A stretch of DNA of 64,000 nucleotides, from the NCBI RefSeq assembly GCF_018350175.1, contig NC_058368.1, positions 231,510,001-231,574,000 of the forward strand, in the 5' to 3' direction. Positions 1 through 11,808 of this stretch are shown here, one piece after another; within the stretch, counting starts at the first letter, position 1; every line of letters begins with the position of its first letter. Below the pieces are notes generated by a model. That model was not told the origin of the DNA and did not search any database. It was given only the letters and a program-made list of their open reading frames with translations. The translations under genes were made by a program, and so were the position numbers. This DNA is from Felis catus. Taxonomy: Eukaryota.

Positions 1-569
1 TTGCAGCTACTGAGTGGTGTTATAAAGCTGCCGGAGGTTTGCAGCAATGTGCTATCACAATTCAGTTTACAGGCGTTCAGGGGTGAGAACTAGATGTGAG
101 ATGTGCCTGGAGGTGGTGTGCCTATTCAGAATGTGAGAGGGACATGGAAGATGGAGCAGAGGAGGAGATGTAGGCCTTTGGCCACAAGGAGGAGAGAGAG
201 TGTGGCTTATGGCAGGGAGAGAGGGCTCTGAGAGCAGGTGGCTCTTTGTTAGCATTAGTTGAAAAGAGACGAGAGCCGTGACGAAATGTTTTTCCAGTTG
301 AGAAATCAGCCTCAGCCACAAACGTTTATGACTCGTAATGATTTAAGAAGGGAAGAGCCTCAGGTCACACGGGACTTTGAAGACAGACCTTCTGATGTTT
401 TTTCTAGCACACGATGGCCCAATTTAAGCTCTAGAGCTGCTCTGATCAACATGGCAGCCACTGGCCGCTTGTGGCTAGTGTAAATTGTGTCAAATACACG
501 TTGGATTTCAAAGATGTAATCAGAAAAAAGTACTACACTTCTCAGCAATTCTTAAAAATATTGATTATA

Positions 570-772
570 GGGGCACCCAGTGGCTCTGTCGGTTATGCGT
601 CGACTCTTGATTTTGGCTCAGGTCATGATCTCACGGTCATGAGTCTGAGCCCCGCATCCGGCTCTGCACTGACAGCACAGAGCCTGCTTGGGATTCTCTC
701 TCTCCCTCTTTCTCTGTCCCTCCCCTGCTCACATTCTCTCCTGTCTCTCGAAATAACTAAATAAACATTTAG
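570..772 (+). mobile_element. CanSINE (SINEC) inside MER33
   Basis: tRNA-like head, CT-rich tract and A-rich tail; TSD AAAAATATTGATTA at 554-567 and 773-786. Confidence 0.93.
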
Positions 773-855
773 AAAAATATTGATTACATGTTGTAATGAT
801 ATTTTGAATATATTGGGTTAATAAAGTTTTTATACAATTATTAAAATTAATTTCA

Positions 856-1114
856 ATAACAACCTTCTGGTTATAAGATGAAGTAAATCATGGAATGGAA
901 TGTGCAGCATGGTGACTACTTAATGACAGCGTGTTGCATGTTTGGAAGTTGCAAAGAGAGTAGATCTTAAGAGCCCTCATCATAAAGAAAAGAGCTGTAA
1001 CCCTGCATGGTGAGTGATGTTAACTACATTTACACTGGTGATCACTGTCACAGTATATACGAATACCAAATCATTATATTGTTGACCTGAAACTCACATA
1101 ACATTCTCAGTAAG
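856..1114 (+). mobile_element. 5'-truncated older L1 3' end (L1MA/L1_Carn-like) inside MER33
   Basis: L1 3'UTR motifs (GAGAGTAGATCTTAAG...GGTGATCA...CCTGAAACT); TSD AAAATTAATTTCA at 843-855 and 1115-1127. Confidence 0.8.
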
Positions 1115-1161
1115 AAAATTAATTTCACCATTTTTTTTTTCACTTTAAAATGTGTGGGGTT

Positions 1162-1377
1162 GGGGCGCCTGGGTGGCTCAGTCAGTTGAGCGTCTGACTT
1201 CAGCTCAGGTCATGATCTCGAGATTCATGAGTCTGAGCCCCCTGTTGGGCTCTGTGCCGACAGCTCAGAGCCTAGAGCCTGCTTCGGATTCTGTGTCTCC
1301 CTCTCTCCCTCTGTCTCTCTCCTGCTCACTCTCTCTCTCTCTCTCTCAAAAGTAAATAAAAACATTAATAAAAATTG
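1162..1377 (+). mobile_element. CanSINE inside MER33
   Basis: GGGGCGCCTGGGTGGCTCAGTC head, (CT)n and A tail; imperfect TSD AAA(T/C)GTGTGGG. Confidence 0.93.
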
Positions 1378-1660
1378 AAACGTGTGGGTACTAGAAAACT
1401 TAACATTTTTACCTGTGTTTACATTATAATTTGCTGGACAGCACTGCTCTGGGTTATAGAAACAGATTAGGTTGAATCTCTCATATACGTGATTATGCTT
1501 TCTTTAAGACATTTGGAAGTTCCCCACTTTAAAAAACAAGTATCCCTAATTTTGTGAATTTCCTCTTTATGCAACCTAGTTCCAGAGGGCTCACCAAGCA
1601 TGTCACCCCATTGATCAAACCCCCATTTGTCAATGTCCCCCTTAAAAATATGCTGTATAT

Positions 1661-1890
1661 GGGGTGCCTGGGTGGCTCAGGGGGTTAAGCGTCCGACTTT
1701 GGCTCAGGTCGTGATCTTGTGGTCCGTGGGTTCGAGCCCCGCATCGGGCTCTGTGCTGACAGCTCAGAGCCTGGAGCCTGCTTCGGATTCTGTGTCTCCC
1801 TCTCTCTCTGCCCCTCCCTGCTCACGCTCTGCCTCTCTCTCTGTCTCTCAAAAATAAATAAATGTTAAAAAAGAAAAAAAAGAAAAAAAA
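1661..1890 (+). mobile_element. CanSINE
   Basis: Typical head, body, (CT)n and A-rich tail. Confidence 0.93.
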
Positions 1891-3331
1891 CGCTGTCTGC
1901 AATTGCATGTAATAATGGCTGACTGTGGTTTAGAAAGGGCGCAGAAGTAGAGTATGAGGGCTGGAATCTGCATGACACGGTCCGAGATTGCTCGTAGCCT
2001 AATGCTAACAGTTCGCAGTCTTTTCAGGGTGACTTCCCTGTGAGGTGGGCTGAGGTCTGACTCGGATCTGACCCTCTAGCAATAGGACGGCGCCCAGGTG
2101 GATGGGAGCAAGAATCACAGCCCTCCAGGCCCGGTACTCATCCCTCCCTGCCCCGTGCTCCTGGAGATCCGCAGAATCCCGCCTTCTAACAGCAGTCTGA
2201 CTTGGAGACGCAGTTGGATGCTCTCCCATCTACCCCCGGGAGAGACGATTAGTGTAAATACTTGCCCTGGTTATGTAAACAAGAGACGCTGCGTTTTTAA
2301 CCGCCGAGCTTTTGGAATTTGGAACTCAGGTGCCTCTGAAGCCACACAAGGCAAGTTCCATCGTCCCTGTTCTCTGGGCTTCTGATTGCTTGACATCCCA
2401 TGTAAGCTGACTGATTGCTCCCGACTCACCCTAAGCCATCCTTGATCTGTAGTAGGTGATATCGATGTGTTTTAGGCGGATAGAAAATCCAGGCTCTCAA
2501 AATGTCCCAGAGGCTCCTGTTTGCTTATTCGAGGTGGCTGGTGAAGGGGCGATGAGCAGGACTGGAGAACTGGCTCTGAATGCACGAAAGTCCAGCCGCG
2601 CTGCCCCCCAGTTGCATCCAACACCCTCTGTTGACTGAAAGCTAGGAGGATGGGAGCAGGAAGGGAGGGGGCTGGCGCATGAGAGGGTGGGAAAGAAAGG
2701 AGAGAAGTTTTCTTCTGAAGGAGGGATTTATAGAACAACGTTCTCTCTGTTCCCCCTGGGACCACTTCTCACCGAAATCACCTGTTCAGTCTTGGGAATT
2801 TTTTGCAAAACTGAAAAGTTTCATTTGACCAATTGAGGGTTTTTTGGTGTGTGTATGTTTTCATCATTTTAGCAAGATAAAGCTAATCTCTTTAAACCTT
2901 TATTTAGAGAAAAGCCTTGAAATCGGGTATATGCAGAATTGAGAGCTTACCCCCAGGAAATAACGCCCTAATCTCTCATGGGTCACCATTCAGAATCGTG
3001 CAAATATTCTGCCGGTTGAGTTCTCCCAGCTGAGTGCCCAAAAGATGTCTCTATTTGGTGCACCACCTTGGGGCTCCCCTGCTTCTCTTGTGAGGGCCCC
3101 CTCCGCCCGTCTGGGCCACCGTTGCGCGGATTACACTTCTCCTTCTATGCTTCTCCCTCCACCTGTACCATCTTAGCCAACCGCGCACAGCCTTCACAGA
3201 GGCCTTGTGGGAACCTCGTGGTGAAAGGTGCTTTGTAACAAATAATACCACATAAATGGAAGATCATTATTACTAGATTAGCTTCTCTCTCCCAGACTAA
3301 TCATTTCAGTCTCGCAAAATGAACCGCATTA

Positions 3332-3346
3332 GCCATCTGCTGGCCC
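3332..3346 (-). promoter_or_regulatory. Candidate CTCF motif (reverse orientation)
   Basis: Minus strand GGGCCAGCAGATGGC matches the core CCASYAGRKGGC. Confidence 0.4.
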
Positions 3347-3692
3347 AATTACCTAAATGATTCAAATTCTTTGAAACCTGGTCACACAGCTCCTCGTTCT
3401 TCCCAACTCCCATTTGAGTGCTGCCAGCAGATTTTAGAGCTCCGGTGTCCTCGTCAGAGTCACTTAGCTTTACGGTGAGTAATGGCAGTCCTCAAGGTAG
3501 GCCGGTGACCCCCTGGCAGCTGAAGGCGGTGGCCATCTTGCTTCAGCGTCCAATCTACCACTTGCCTTGTTTTTAACATACTAGTTTTTGTTTTTGTTTT
3601 TGTTTTTGTTTTTCTGTATCACCTTCCTCTTAAAAGCGTGCATGGAGTCTTTTTGGAAAATCAAAGAAAGTGGAATGATGCCTGCCTTCTAT

Positions 3693-3924
3693 ATTTTTTT
3701 CTTTCTTTCTTTTTTAAAATTTTTTAACGTTTATTTATTTTTGAGATAGACACAGAGCATGAACAGGGCAGGGGCAGGGAGAGAGGGAGACACAGAATCT
3801 GAAACAGGCTCCAGGCTCTGAGCTGTCAGCACAGAGCCCGACGCGGGGCTCGAACTCACGGACCGCGAGATCATGACCCGAGCCGAAGTCAGCCGCTTAA
3901 CCGACTGAGCCACCCAGGCGCCCC
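3693..3924 (-). mobile_element. CanSINE
   Basis: Reverse-complement SINE body ending GCCACCCAGGCGCCCC, with a T-rich tail on the left. Confidence 0.93.
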
Positions 3925-4180
3925 TATTTTCCTTTATTAACTTGGTTTTGGTGGATAATTTTTGGCCTCTTGGCCATACTGTCTAAAAACTAAATTCTAG
4001 AAAGTTAGTTGAGGATGATCTGTTTTACTTTTACACTCTTGGTTTTCTTTTGGTTTGCCCAGTTTTTTTCCATGTTATTTATTGTACTGTCTTTAAAAAT
4101 GACTCTCTTTCCAGATTACCTCTCTAACAAAACTTGAAATTTGTGTTCTAAAGTTCCATGATTTGTTTAATTTACTGGTT

Positions 4181-4233
<53 letters not shown>
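4181..4233. repeat. Compound (TG)n(TA)n microsatellite
   Basis: Directly visible. Confidence 0.95.
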
Positions 4234-4235
<2 letters not shown>

Positions 4236-4732
4236 TTTAAATCAATTGAGTTAATCTCGACATTGGAAGTTGAAGCCTGGAATCATGGTGTAACCAAGGG
4301 AACCCCCGCTCTTAGCACAGGACATATGCAGGTGCAAATGGCACCAAGTTCATTGGTATTGGCTTTTCCGGCAGCCACGAATTTCACACATTGACGTTGC
4401 CAGGGACTCTCTCTATCCTGCAGCTATTCTGTTTCTCACTCTGCTTTACTTCTTAATATAAAATTTTGATTTGAAATCAAAGTAAAGCCAATCGTTTATG
4501 ACCCATGCTATATGGCAGTTATAGGTTTAATACCTGTGGAAGATACATACACACACACATGCGCACACACACACACACAAATACATACGACTGCATGTTC
4601 TAGTCCCATAGTCAAATAACAGTGAAAACCTTAAAGATCAGTTAAAGGTATCAAAACTCTTTATTATTAATTGGAGTATTGGTTGTGCAAACAGTAAGTA
4701 CCACAAGAAATCTGAGAAGAGAGAGGTCACTT

Positions 4733-4947
4733 AAAAATATTTTTTTTAATCTTTATTTATTTTTGAGAGAGAGAGACAGAGTGTGAGCAGGGGAGGAGCA
4801 GCGAGAGAGGGAGACACAGAATCCGAAGCAGCTCCAGGCTCCGAGCTGTCAGCACAGAGCCTGATGTGGGACTTGAACCCACGAACTGCGAGATCATGAC
4901 CTGAGCCAAAGTTGGACGCTCAACTGACTGAGCCACCCAGGCGCCCC
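4733..4947 (-). mobile_element. CanSINE
   Basis: Reverse SINE body; TSD GAGGTCACTT at 4723-4732 and 4948-4957. Confidence 0.93.
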
Positions 4948-4974
4948 GAGGTCACTTTTAAAGAATTAATTTTT

Positions 4975-5195
4975 GGGGGAGCCTGGGTGGCTCAGTCAGT
5001 CTGACTTCAGCTCAGGTCATGATCTCACGGTTCATGAGTTCAAGCCCCGCATCCGGCTCTGTGCTGACAGCTCAGAGCCTGGAGCCTGCTTCAGATTCTG
5101 TGTCTCCCCTGCTCTCTGCCCCTCCCCCGCTCACACTCTGTCTCTCTTTCTGTCTCTCAAAAATAAAAATAAAACATTAAAACAATTTTTTAAAA
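4975..5195 (+). mobile_element. CanSINE
   Basis: Forward SINE body and tail, head-to-head with the preceding copy. Confidence 0.93.
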
Positions 5196-5334
5196 ATTAA
5201 TTTTTCAAAATGAAAATGTGGGTTTTTTTTTTAATGCTCACAGACATAATATATTCTCATAAACAGAATGTAAAGATATACACAGAAATTACAGCTACTG
5301 ACAATTTAGAATACAGACCTCTGGGTTTTTTCTT

Positions 5335-5800
5335 CTATTATAGTTTATTAGTTATTGTTTGCTTTATACGAAACCATCCCCAAACTCAGTAGCTTGAAAT
5401 ACCAACCATTTCTTTAGCTCATGATTCTTCAGGTCGGCAATTTGTACTGAGTTCAGCCGGGCAGTTCTGACAGTCAGGTCTCACGTGACCTCACAGTCAA
5501 CTGATGGACTGGCCTTGACCAGCACAGGGAGGACATCTGGGGCCTTTTTGCAGTGACTCCTTCTTACTCCGGCAGCCTCGCCTGGGCTGGCTCACACGGC
5601 GTCCTCAGGTTTCAAGAGCTGCGGAAAGGCAAACTGCCTGCGGACACTTTCCAGGTCCTTGCTTACGTCACATTTACCGCTGTCGCACTGGTCAAAACCA
5701 AGTTAAATGGGTACCTAGTGTCACTGTGACAGGGACCGTGGAAGAGCAACGGATACAGGGAGGCCTGAGCGGATCGGACATACTGCGATCAAGCCACCAC
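5335..5800 (-). mobile_element. MaLR LTR (MLT1F/G-like)
   Basis: TTAGTTATTGTTGC...CCCCAAACTCAGTAGCTTGAAA...CTCATGATTCT resembles the MLT1 reverse consensus. Confidence 0.65.
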
Positions 5801-5855
5801 AACTAAACCTACCTTGTCGTGATATTTTAACAAAATGAGATTCTGTTATACGTGC

Positions 5856-6472
5856 TATGTTGGTCAGGGTTCTCTAACCAATAGGCTGTATCTATATCTC
5901 TGTCTACGTATGGAGAGATAGCTACAGATACATCAATATAGATAGATACACAGATACAGATCTATTATAAGGAATTGTCTCGTGCAGCTATGGAGTTTGG
6001 CAAGTCTCGAGACCTGCAGGATGAGTCGGCAAGCTGGAGACCCCGGAGAGCTGACGGTTTAGTTCCAGAGTGAGTCTGAAGACCTGAGAATCACCACGGC
6101 CGCTGATACAGCTCCAGGCTGAAGGCTGGCAGGCTAGAAAGCAGGAAGAGCTCATGTTTCAGTTTGAGTCTGAAGGCAAGAAAAACATCAGCGTCTCAGT
6201 CTGAAGGCAGGCGGGTGGGAAGAATTTCCTCTTACCAGAGGACGTTCAGCTTTTTTGTGCTATCTAGGTCTTCAACTGATTAAATGGGGCCCACCCACAT
6301 TAAGGATGGCAATCAGCTTTCCTGGATCCCTTGATTTAAATGTTTTTCTCATCTGAAATAACACAAAACAAAACCCACTTTCACAGACTCAGAAACATGC
6401 GAAATAAGGTTTGACCAAATATTTGGGCACTCCATGGCCCACTTAAGTTGACACGTAAAATTAACCATTATG
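5856..6472 (-). mobile_element. ERVL LTR (MLT2-like)
   Basis: Starts ..GTCAGGGTTCTCT and ends AAGTTGACACGTAAAATTAACCAT, the reverse of the MLT2 termini. Confidence 0.85.
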
Positions 6473-6557
6473 CATGGTTTTGTTTTTGTCTCTGTTTGAG
6501 TTTAAATATATGTCATGGACATTTTTTCATGTCAGTAAATAGAGATGATGACCATCT

Positions 6558-6578
6558 TCTTTTTTAAGTTTACTTATT

Positions 6579-6610
<32 letters not shown>

Positions 6611-6730
6611 TCTCAAGCAGGCTCTGCACTGTCAGCGCAGAGCCTGACAGGGGGCCTGAACCGATGAACTGTGAGATCATGACCTGGGCCAAAATCGGAT
6701 GCTTAACTGACCGAGCCACCCAGGTGCCCC
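6558..6730 (-). mobile_element. CanSINE
   Basis: Reverse SINE with (AG)n. Confidence 0.9.
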
Positions 6731-6964
6731 TAAGGATGGCCCTTGTGCGAGTGCCCCTGATCATCTCTGATGGCTGCATAGCATATTACTATTTGACGTA
6801 CATCACTTATTTCCATTTTCTTGACAAACGCTTGGGTTATTTTTTACACTTCACTACTATATTCGTGTAACGAGGTTTGATTCGTATCGCTAAATTGTCC
6901 GCTAAATAATTTGTACACTCTCGGCAGCAAGCATAGGATTGACTGTAACACCTTCAGCAACACT

Positions 6965-7300
6965 AAATGTCTATTCTTTCGGCAAATACATATTCAGCAT
7001 CTACCATGTGCTAAACACTGTGCAAGGAGCGAGGTATGCAGTAGTGAGCAGAACAGGCTAGGTCCCTGCCCTCAGGAGGCATCCATTCTACGGGGAGAGA
7101 CCCACAGGAAACAAACAAAAACATAGCCTGGTAAGGTGACCACAGCACGTGATAGGCGAGTGAAGGAAGTAAATGGTGTAACATTATATAAGCATAGAGC
7201 GGTAGAGGGGACTGCTGTAGACAGGGCTATCTAAAAGATAGAAGGAGAATTCACTTCAGTCTTGAGGCAGAAAAGAGGATACTATGAAGGTGGGGTTTGC
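6965..7300 (-). mobile_element. L2 relic
   Basis: CAAATACATATTCAGCATCTACCATGTGC...CCCTGCCCTCAGGAG is typical of the L2 3' end. Confidence 0.6.
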
Positions 7301-7607
7301 ACCGGATCTTGAAGTACACAAGATGGAAATGGGTCGGACGTTTGGTATGAAGTGTTATGGAGATTTTGCATGACCCAGATTGTCACAACCCAGGAGCCAC
7401 TGGAGGGAAGTGGGCCAATCAGTTTCTTAAACCAACTTTGGAGGACTCGGGTGGGTGTTGTCTCCAGTTCACACTGAACGCCAAGCCGTCTGAGATGTGC
7501 AGGTTGAAGTAACAGAACCTGAGTGTACCACTTCTTTCTTTTTCCAATGCCACTTAATAACTTGGTTTGACTGGTCTGAATTTGGGTATTAATAAAGCCA
7601 AATTTTC

Positions 7608-8045
7608 AGGGCGCCCGAGTGGTTCAGTCAGTTAAGCGTCCAACTTCAGCTCACGTCATGCTCTCATGGTTTATGAGGTCGAGCCCTGCATCGGGTTCTC
7701 AGCTGTCATCACAGAGCCCTCCTCGGATCCTCTGTTCCCCGCTCTGTCCCTAGCCCCCTCACACTCTCTCTGTCTCTCAAAATAAATAAACATTAGGGGC
7801 GCCTGGGTGGCGCAGTCGGTTAAGCGTCCGACTTCAGCCAGGTCACGATCTCGCGGTCCGGGAGTTCGAGCCCCGCGTCGGGCTCTGGGCTGATGGCTCG
7901 GAGCCTGGAGCCTGTTTCCAATTCTGTGTCTCCTTCTCTCTCTGCCCCTCCCCCGTTCACGCTCTGTCTCTCTCTGTCCCAAAAATAAATAAACGTTGGA
8001 AAAAAAAAATTAAAAAAAAAAAATAAATAAATAAACATTAAAAAA
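7608..8045 (+). mobile_element. Older CanSINE (7608-7795) with a young felid SINE (7796-8024) inserted in its tail
   Basis: Outer TSD AATAAAGCCAAATTTTC at 7591-7607 and 8046-8062; inner TSD AAATAAATAAACATTA. Confidence 0.92.
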
Positions 8046-8272
8046 AATAAAGCCAAATTTTCTAGGTGGTGACTTTATTTCTTAGTTCATTTCTTAGCTT
8101 ATTTCTTAGAACAACAGAGGTCACAGTAGTCTCTCTCAAAGGATAGAGATGGATGTTTGGTTACAGCTCTCCCACCACAGACCTCAGGGCTACATTGCTT
8201 AATGTCATGCATGGTGTTTGTAATCACCTGAGGTTTCATCTTTCAAACAACTGTTTTTCAAAAACCTGTTCC

Positions 8273-8304
8273 TGCAATTAAGCTGCAGTACCACCAGGAG
8301 GCAG
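8273..8304 (+). promoter_or_regulatory. Candidate CTCF motif with possible upstream module
   Basis: CCACCAGGAGGCAG at 8291-8304 (one mismatch to the core), with TGCAA 13 nt upstream, in repeat-free sequence. Confidence 0.45.
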
Positions 8305-8970
8305 TATTGGGATGCACCCGAGGGCAGGATATAAGAAATTGGCCGTTCGTTATATTATAAAAGCTAATCTTACTTTTCAAATTTGAATTTAGCATTAACC
8401 TGCCAAATGTGTAATTACTCTAGAGTGTCTTTGTAAAATAAATAGAAGCCTAAGCTGCAATTTGGTGGCTATTTTTCTTATTATCCATGTGCTTTATAGA
8501 GATTGTGATTAAAATGCCTTTTGTAATTCACCATGAATATTGCACAGTAAAAGCCCAACGAGCGCTCATAGCAGACCTGCATTTCAAATTGCCGGTGGCC
8601 TCAGGCTGGCCAAGGCCGGTGTTGACGTGGATGCTTGGGACACGTCTGCTTATCTGCATCAAGTTTGGGTTTTTCAAGTAGCAAAACCCAGAAGGAAAAA
8701 TAAATCTGTAGTACACCTTTCCTGACAAATGTGAAGTCCTTAGAAATTTCCCAATTACAAGTTTTCTGAATTTACCTGTTTATTTTGTTATGTTTTTACA
8801 ACAGCTCCTGGCTCATTTTCACCTTCTGGTATCCCCTTGGTTGTTTCTCTTCTTTAACTACACCCGAGCATAACCTGATCTGCATTGATGCTCGTTTACT
8901 TTTCCAATAAGCTGCAACAAGAGCTTAATATAGAAACATAGGATAGTCAGATTACTTTTAAAAACCGTTT

Positions 8971-9528
8971 TGTTAAGTTTCTCAGGATCCACGTAAGAGT
9001 GAAAACATATGGTATCTGTCCTTCTCTGGATGACTTAGTTCACTTAGCATCACCCTCTCCAGTTCCATCCACGTTGCCACAAAAGGCCAGATTTCATTCT
9101 TTCTCATTGCCAAGTAGTATTCCATTGTGTATATCAACCACAATTTCTTTACCATTCATCAGTTGATGGACATTTTGGCTCTTTCCATAATTTGGCTACT
9201 GTTGAAAGTGCTGCTATAAACATTGGGATACAAGTGCCCCTATGCTTCAGCACTCCTTTATCCCTTGGGTAAATTCCTAGTGGTGCTACCTGAGAAACTT
9301 AACAGAAGACCATGGGGGAGGGGAAGGGGAAAAAAAAAGTTAGGGAGGGAGGCAAACCATAAGAGACTCTTAAAAACTGAGAACAAACTGAGGGTTGATG
9401 GGGGGTGGGAGGGAGGGGAAAGTGGGCGATGGGAGTTGAGGAGGGCACCTGTTGGGATGAGCGCTGGGTGTTGTATGGAAACCAACTCGATAATAAATTT
9501 CATATTTTAAAAAATAAATTTAAAAAAT
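8971..9528 (+). mobile_element. Young felid L1 3' end with 5' inversion
   Basis: 8971-9288 is antisense L1 and 9289-9528 is sense L1 with an A tail; TSD AACCGTTTTGTT at 8963-8974 and 9529-9540. Confidence 0.92.
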
Positions 9529-9879
9529 AACCGTTTTGTTCAGAGATTACTAGATCTCTTATGTAGAGCAGACCATTTGAACAAAATTAAAGTCTTGAGA
9601 AAGAGGTTAAAACTGGATTTTACTACAATCCTTTCAAAGAGTCAGTATCACCAACTGACTCTCCTGAACCTCCAGTGTGTTTTGAGCTGATGGCAGGAAG
9701 CTGGGGTTCAAGGAGAGTCTTGGCAGCGAGAAGAGGGTTTGTCAGAACAATGAGAAGGTTGGGGCTGGGTTGCCAGCACCAGTGGGATCACTTGGGCCAA
9801 GGGCAGCAAAGACAGAGGGCGCCGGTGGGGCCGGTTGGGTATGAGCTGCCGTGTGGCTCAGTTTCCCCTACAGACACAC

Positions 9880-9994
9880 GTTTACCTGGGCCCCTGCCTG
9901 GGTCACGTTGGTCTCAGGTGAGATCCTGCAATCCTATAAGAGTTTGTTTACAACAGCAGGTGGTCATGTTTACCTGGGCCCCTGCCTGGGTCAC
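9880..9994. repeat. 27-bp perfect direct repeat, period 88
   Basis: GTTTACCTGGGCCCCTGCCTGGGTCAC at 9880-9906 and 9968-9994. Confidence 0.95.
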
Positions 9995-11166
9995 ATGGTC
10001 CCTGCTGTGAAGGACTCTTCGTCTGTTGGCTCCACCGCCTACCCGGTTCTGTATCCTGCTGTGGCACGCAGGTCCCGCCCCCTCCGTGCTCCTGCTCCAG
10101 ATCCTTCCGTACCCCTTTGTCCGTCTCTGCCCTCCCTGCATGTCCAAGCAGCAGCCCCCTTTCCGGATGAGTCATCCCAAACCTCCATCAGAATAAAGAA
10201 GTAGAACAAAGCTCTCGTCGTGCTGTTTCAGCTGCTCAGATGGGAAGACGCCCTTTTTTGTTCATCCTTACGACGTCTAAGGGCACACTTTGTCTTCTCA
10301 ACGAGGCTGGGAGCTGGCGGTCTCAGGAGGAACAGTTGCGGAGAAGGGCTGAGGGCTGAGCAGGACGGTCCCAGCACAGCATCCTGTCTCAGGTCCCACC
10401 GCTGGAGCCGCACGCGTTGCTGGCCTGGTTCAAGAAGCCATTCCAAAGACACCATTCCACAGAAAGGAAAATCAGTAAGTAATTTCTTTCCCCCGTGTCG
10501 CTCCATGGGTGGCAAGGACACATACACCCACCCGCGACTGTGAGGGAGTGTACCCGGAGCGAAAGGCATGGCTCTAAATGAAAATCAAGACAGATGGCGG
10601 AGGCAAAGAGGCCAGATCAGATGGACGCTGATGTGCAGGGAGCCCTTTTTCATGGGCATTTAATTTCGGTTCACCCGGGCACTTTGCGCCCCGGCGTGTG
10701 TTGCCGGGGCCATAATTCCATTTACAGAGGGACAGCATGGAATGTTTTTCAGGGTGAAGGGTGAGTCTCGAATCTCTTGAATCCGAATCTATCCCGTGGC
10801 CTCCTCATCTTTCCCAGTTTGGAGAGTACTCTACAGAAATTGCAAGTAAGTGATGAAATGTGAGTGCCGACGGAAGAGAATTCCTCCTGTGCTTTCGAAG
10901 TGAAGCTCACCGCAACTGTAATCTATCATTTCTTGCTTCCAGAGCGTTGCCACTGAAATGGAGCTGATTCAGCGCCGTTGGAGGAAACAGTAGCAACATC
11001 ACGTTGAAGAAGCTTCGTGGTTTTGTGGCTGATCTATGCTTATTTCTTTGAGGCTTTCTGAAGTAAGTATTGTAGACAAAGCTCTTTATTCTGTTCTTTC
11101 AATGGCTGGAAAACTATTCAGCCCTAAAACGGTTCTTAATGCTTTGGCGAGAGGTCATTCCAGATA

Positions 11167-11765
11167 GAGCTGACCTTGAACGATGCGGGGGTCAGGAGTG
11201 CCAAAAACACTCCCCTACCCGCTGCAGTTGAAAATCCCCACGAGGGGCGCCTGGGTGGCGCAGTCGGTTGAGCGTCCGACTTCAGCCAGGTCACGATCTC
11301 GCGGTCCGTGAGTTCGAGCCCCGCATCGGGCTCTGGGCTGATGGCTCAGAGCCTGGAGCCTGTTTCCCATTCTGTGTCTCCCTCTCTCTCTGCCCCTCCC
11401 CCGTTCATGCTCTGTCTCTCTCTGTCCCAAAAATAAATAAAAAACATTGAAAAAAAAATTAAAAAAAAAAAAAAAAAAGAAAAGAAAATCCCCACGTAAC
11501 TTTTGACCGCCCCCCCCCCCCCAAACTTGACTGCTAATAGCCTACTGTTGACCGGAAGCTTCACCGATAACATTAATAGTCGATGAACACGTGTTTTGTA
11601 TGCTTTCTGTATTATAGACTGAGTCAGCTGGAGAAAAGAAAATGTTATGAAGCAAATCATAAGGAAGAAAAAATACATTTAGAGTCCTGTTCTGTAGCTA
11701 TTGGAAAAAATCCACGTACAAGTGGATCTGGGCAGTTCAAACCCATATCGTTTAAGAGTCATCTG
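11167..11765. mobile_element. Tigger2/MER28-like Tc1-mariner fossil containing a young SINE
   Basis: Degenerate TIRs GAGCTGACCTTGAAC and GTTTAAGAGTCATCTG flanked by TA; the subterminal AAAATCCACGTACAAGTGGA resembles Tigger2. Confidence 0.8.
11244..11483 (+). mobile_element. Young felid SINE (SINEC_Fc-type)
   Basis: CAGCCAGGTCACG/GGGCTGATGG variant with a long A tail; TSD GAAAATCCCCACG at 11230-11242 and 11484-11496. Confidence 0.95.
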
Positions 11766-11808
11766 TAGTGCCTCAAACCCATATCGTTTAAGAGTCATCT
11801 GTAGTGCC
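11737..11808. repeat. 36-bp perfect tandem duplication
   Basis: TCAAACCCATATCGTTTAAGAGTCATCTGTAGTGCC occurs twice in tandem. Confidence 0.97.

Larger units (their letters stand above)
437..1446 (-). mobile_element. MER33-like hAT-Charlie DNA transposon fossil, split by two SINEs and an L1 fragment
   Basis: The right end read on the minus strand is CAGTGCTGTCCAGCAAATTATAATG, like the recalled MER33 terminus. The left flank CTCTAGAG (429-436) fits the Charlie NTCTAGAN target. The internal AT-rich body resumes after each insertion. Confidence 0.75.

Noticed and set aside
7671..8056. Recurrent peptides such as MGQRETE... and AQSLEPASDSVSPS across the ORF track
   Set aside because: These are translations of CanSINE copies, not a gene family.
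9880..9994. Repeat-spacer-repeat pattern as CRISPR-like
   Set aside because: Only two units in eukaryotic DNA, with no cas genes.
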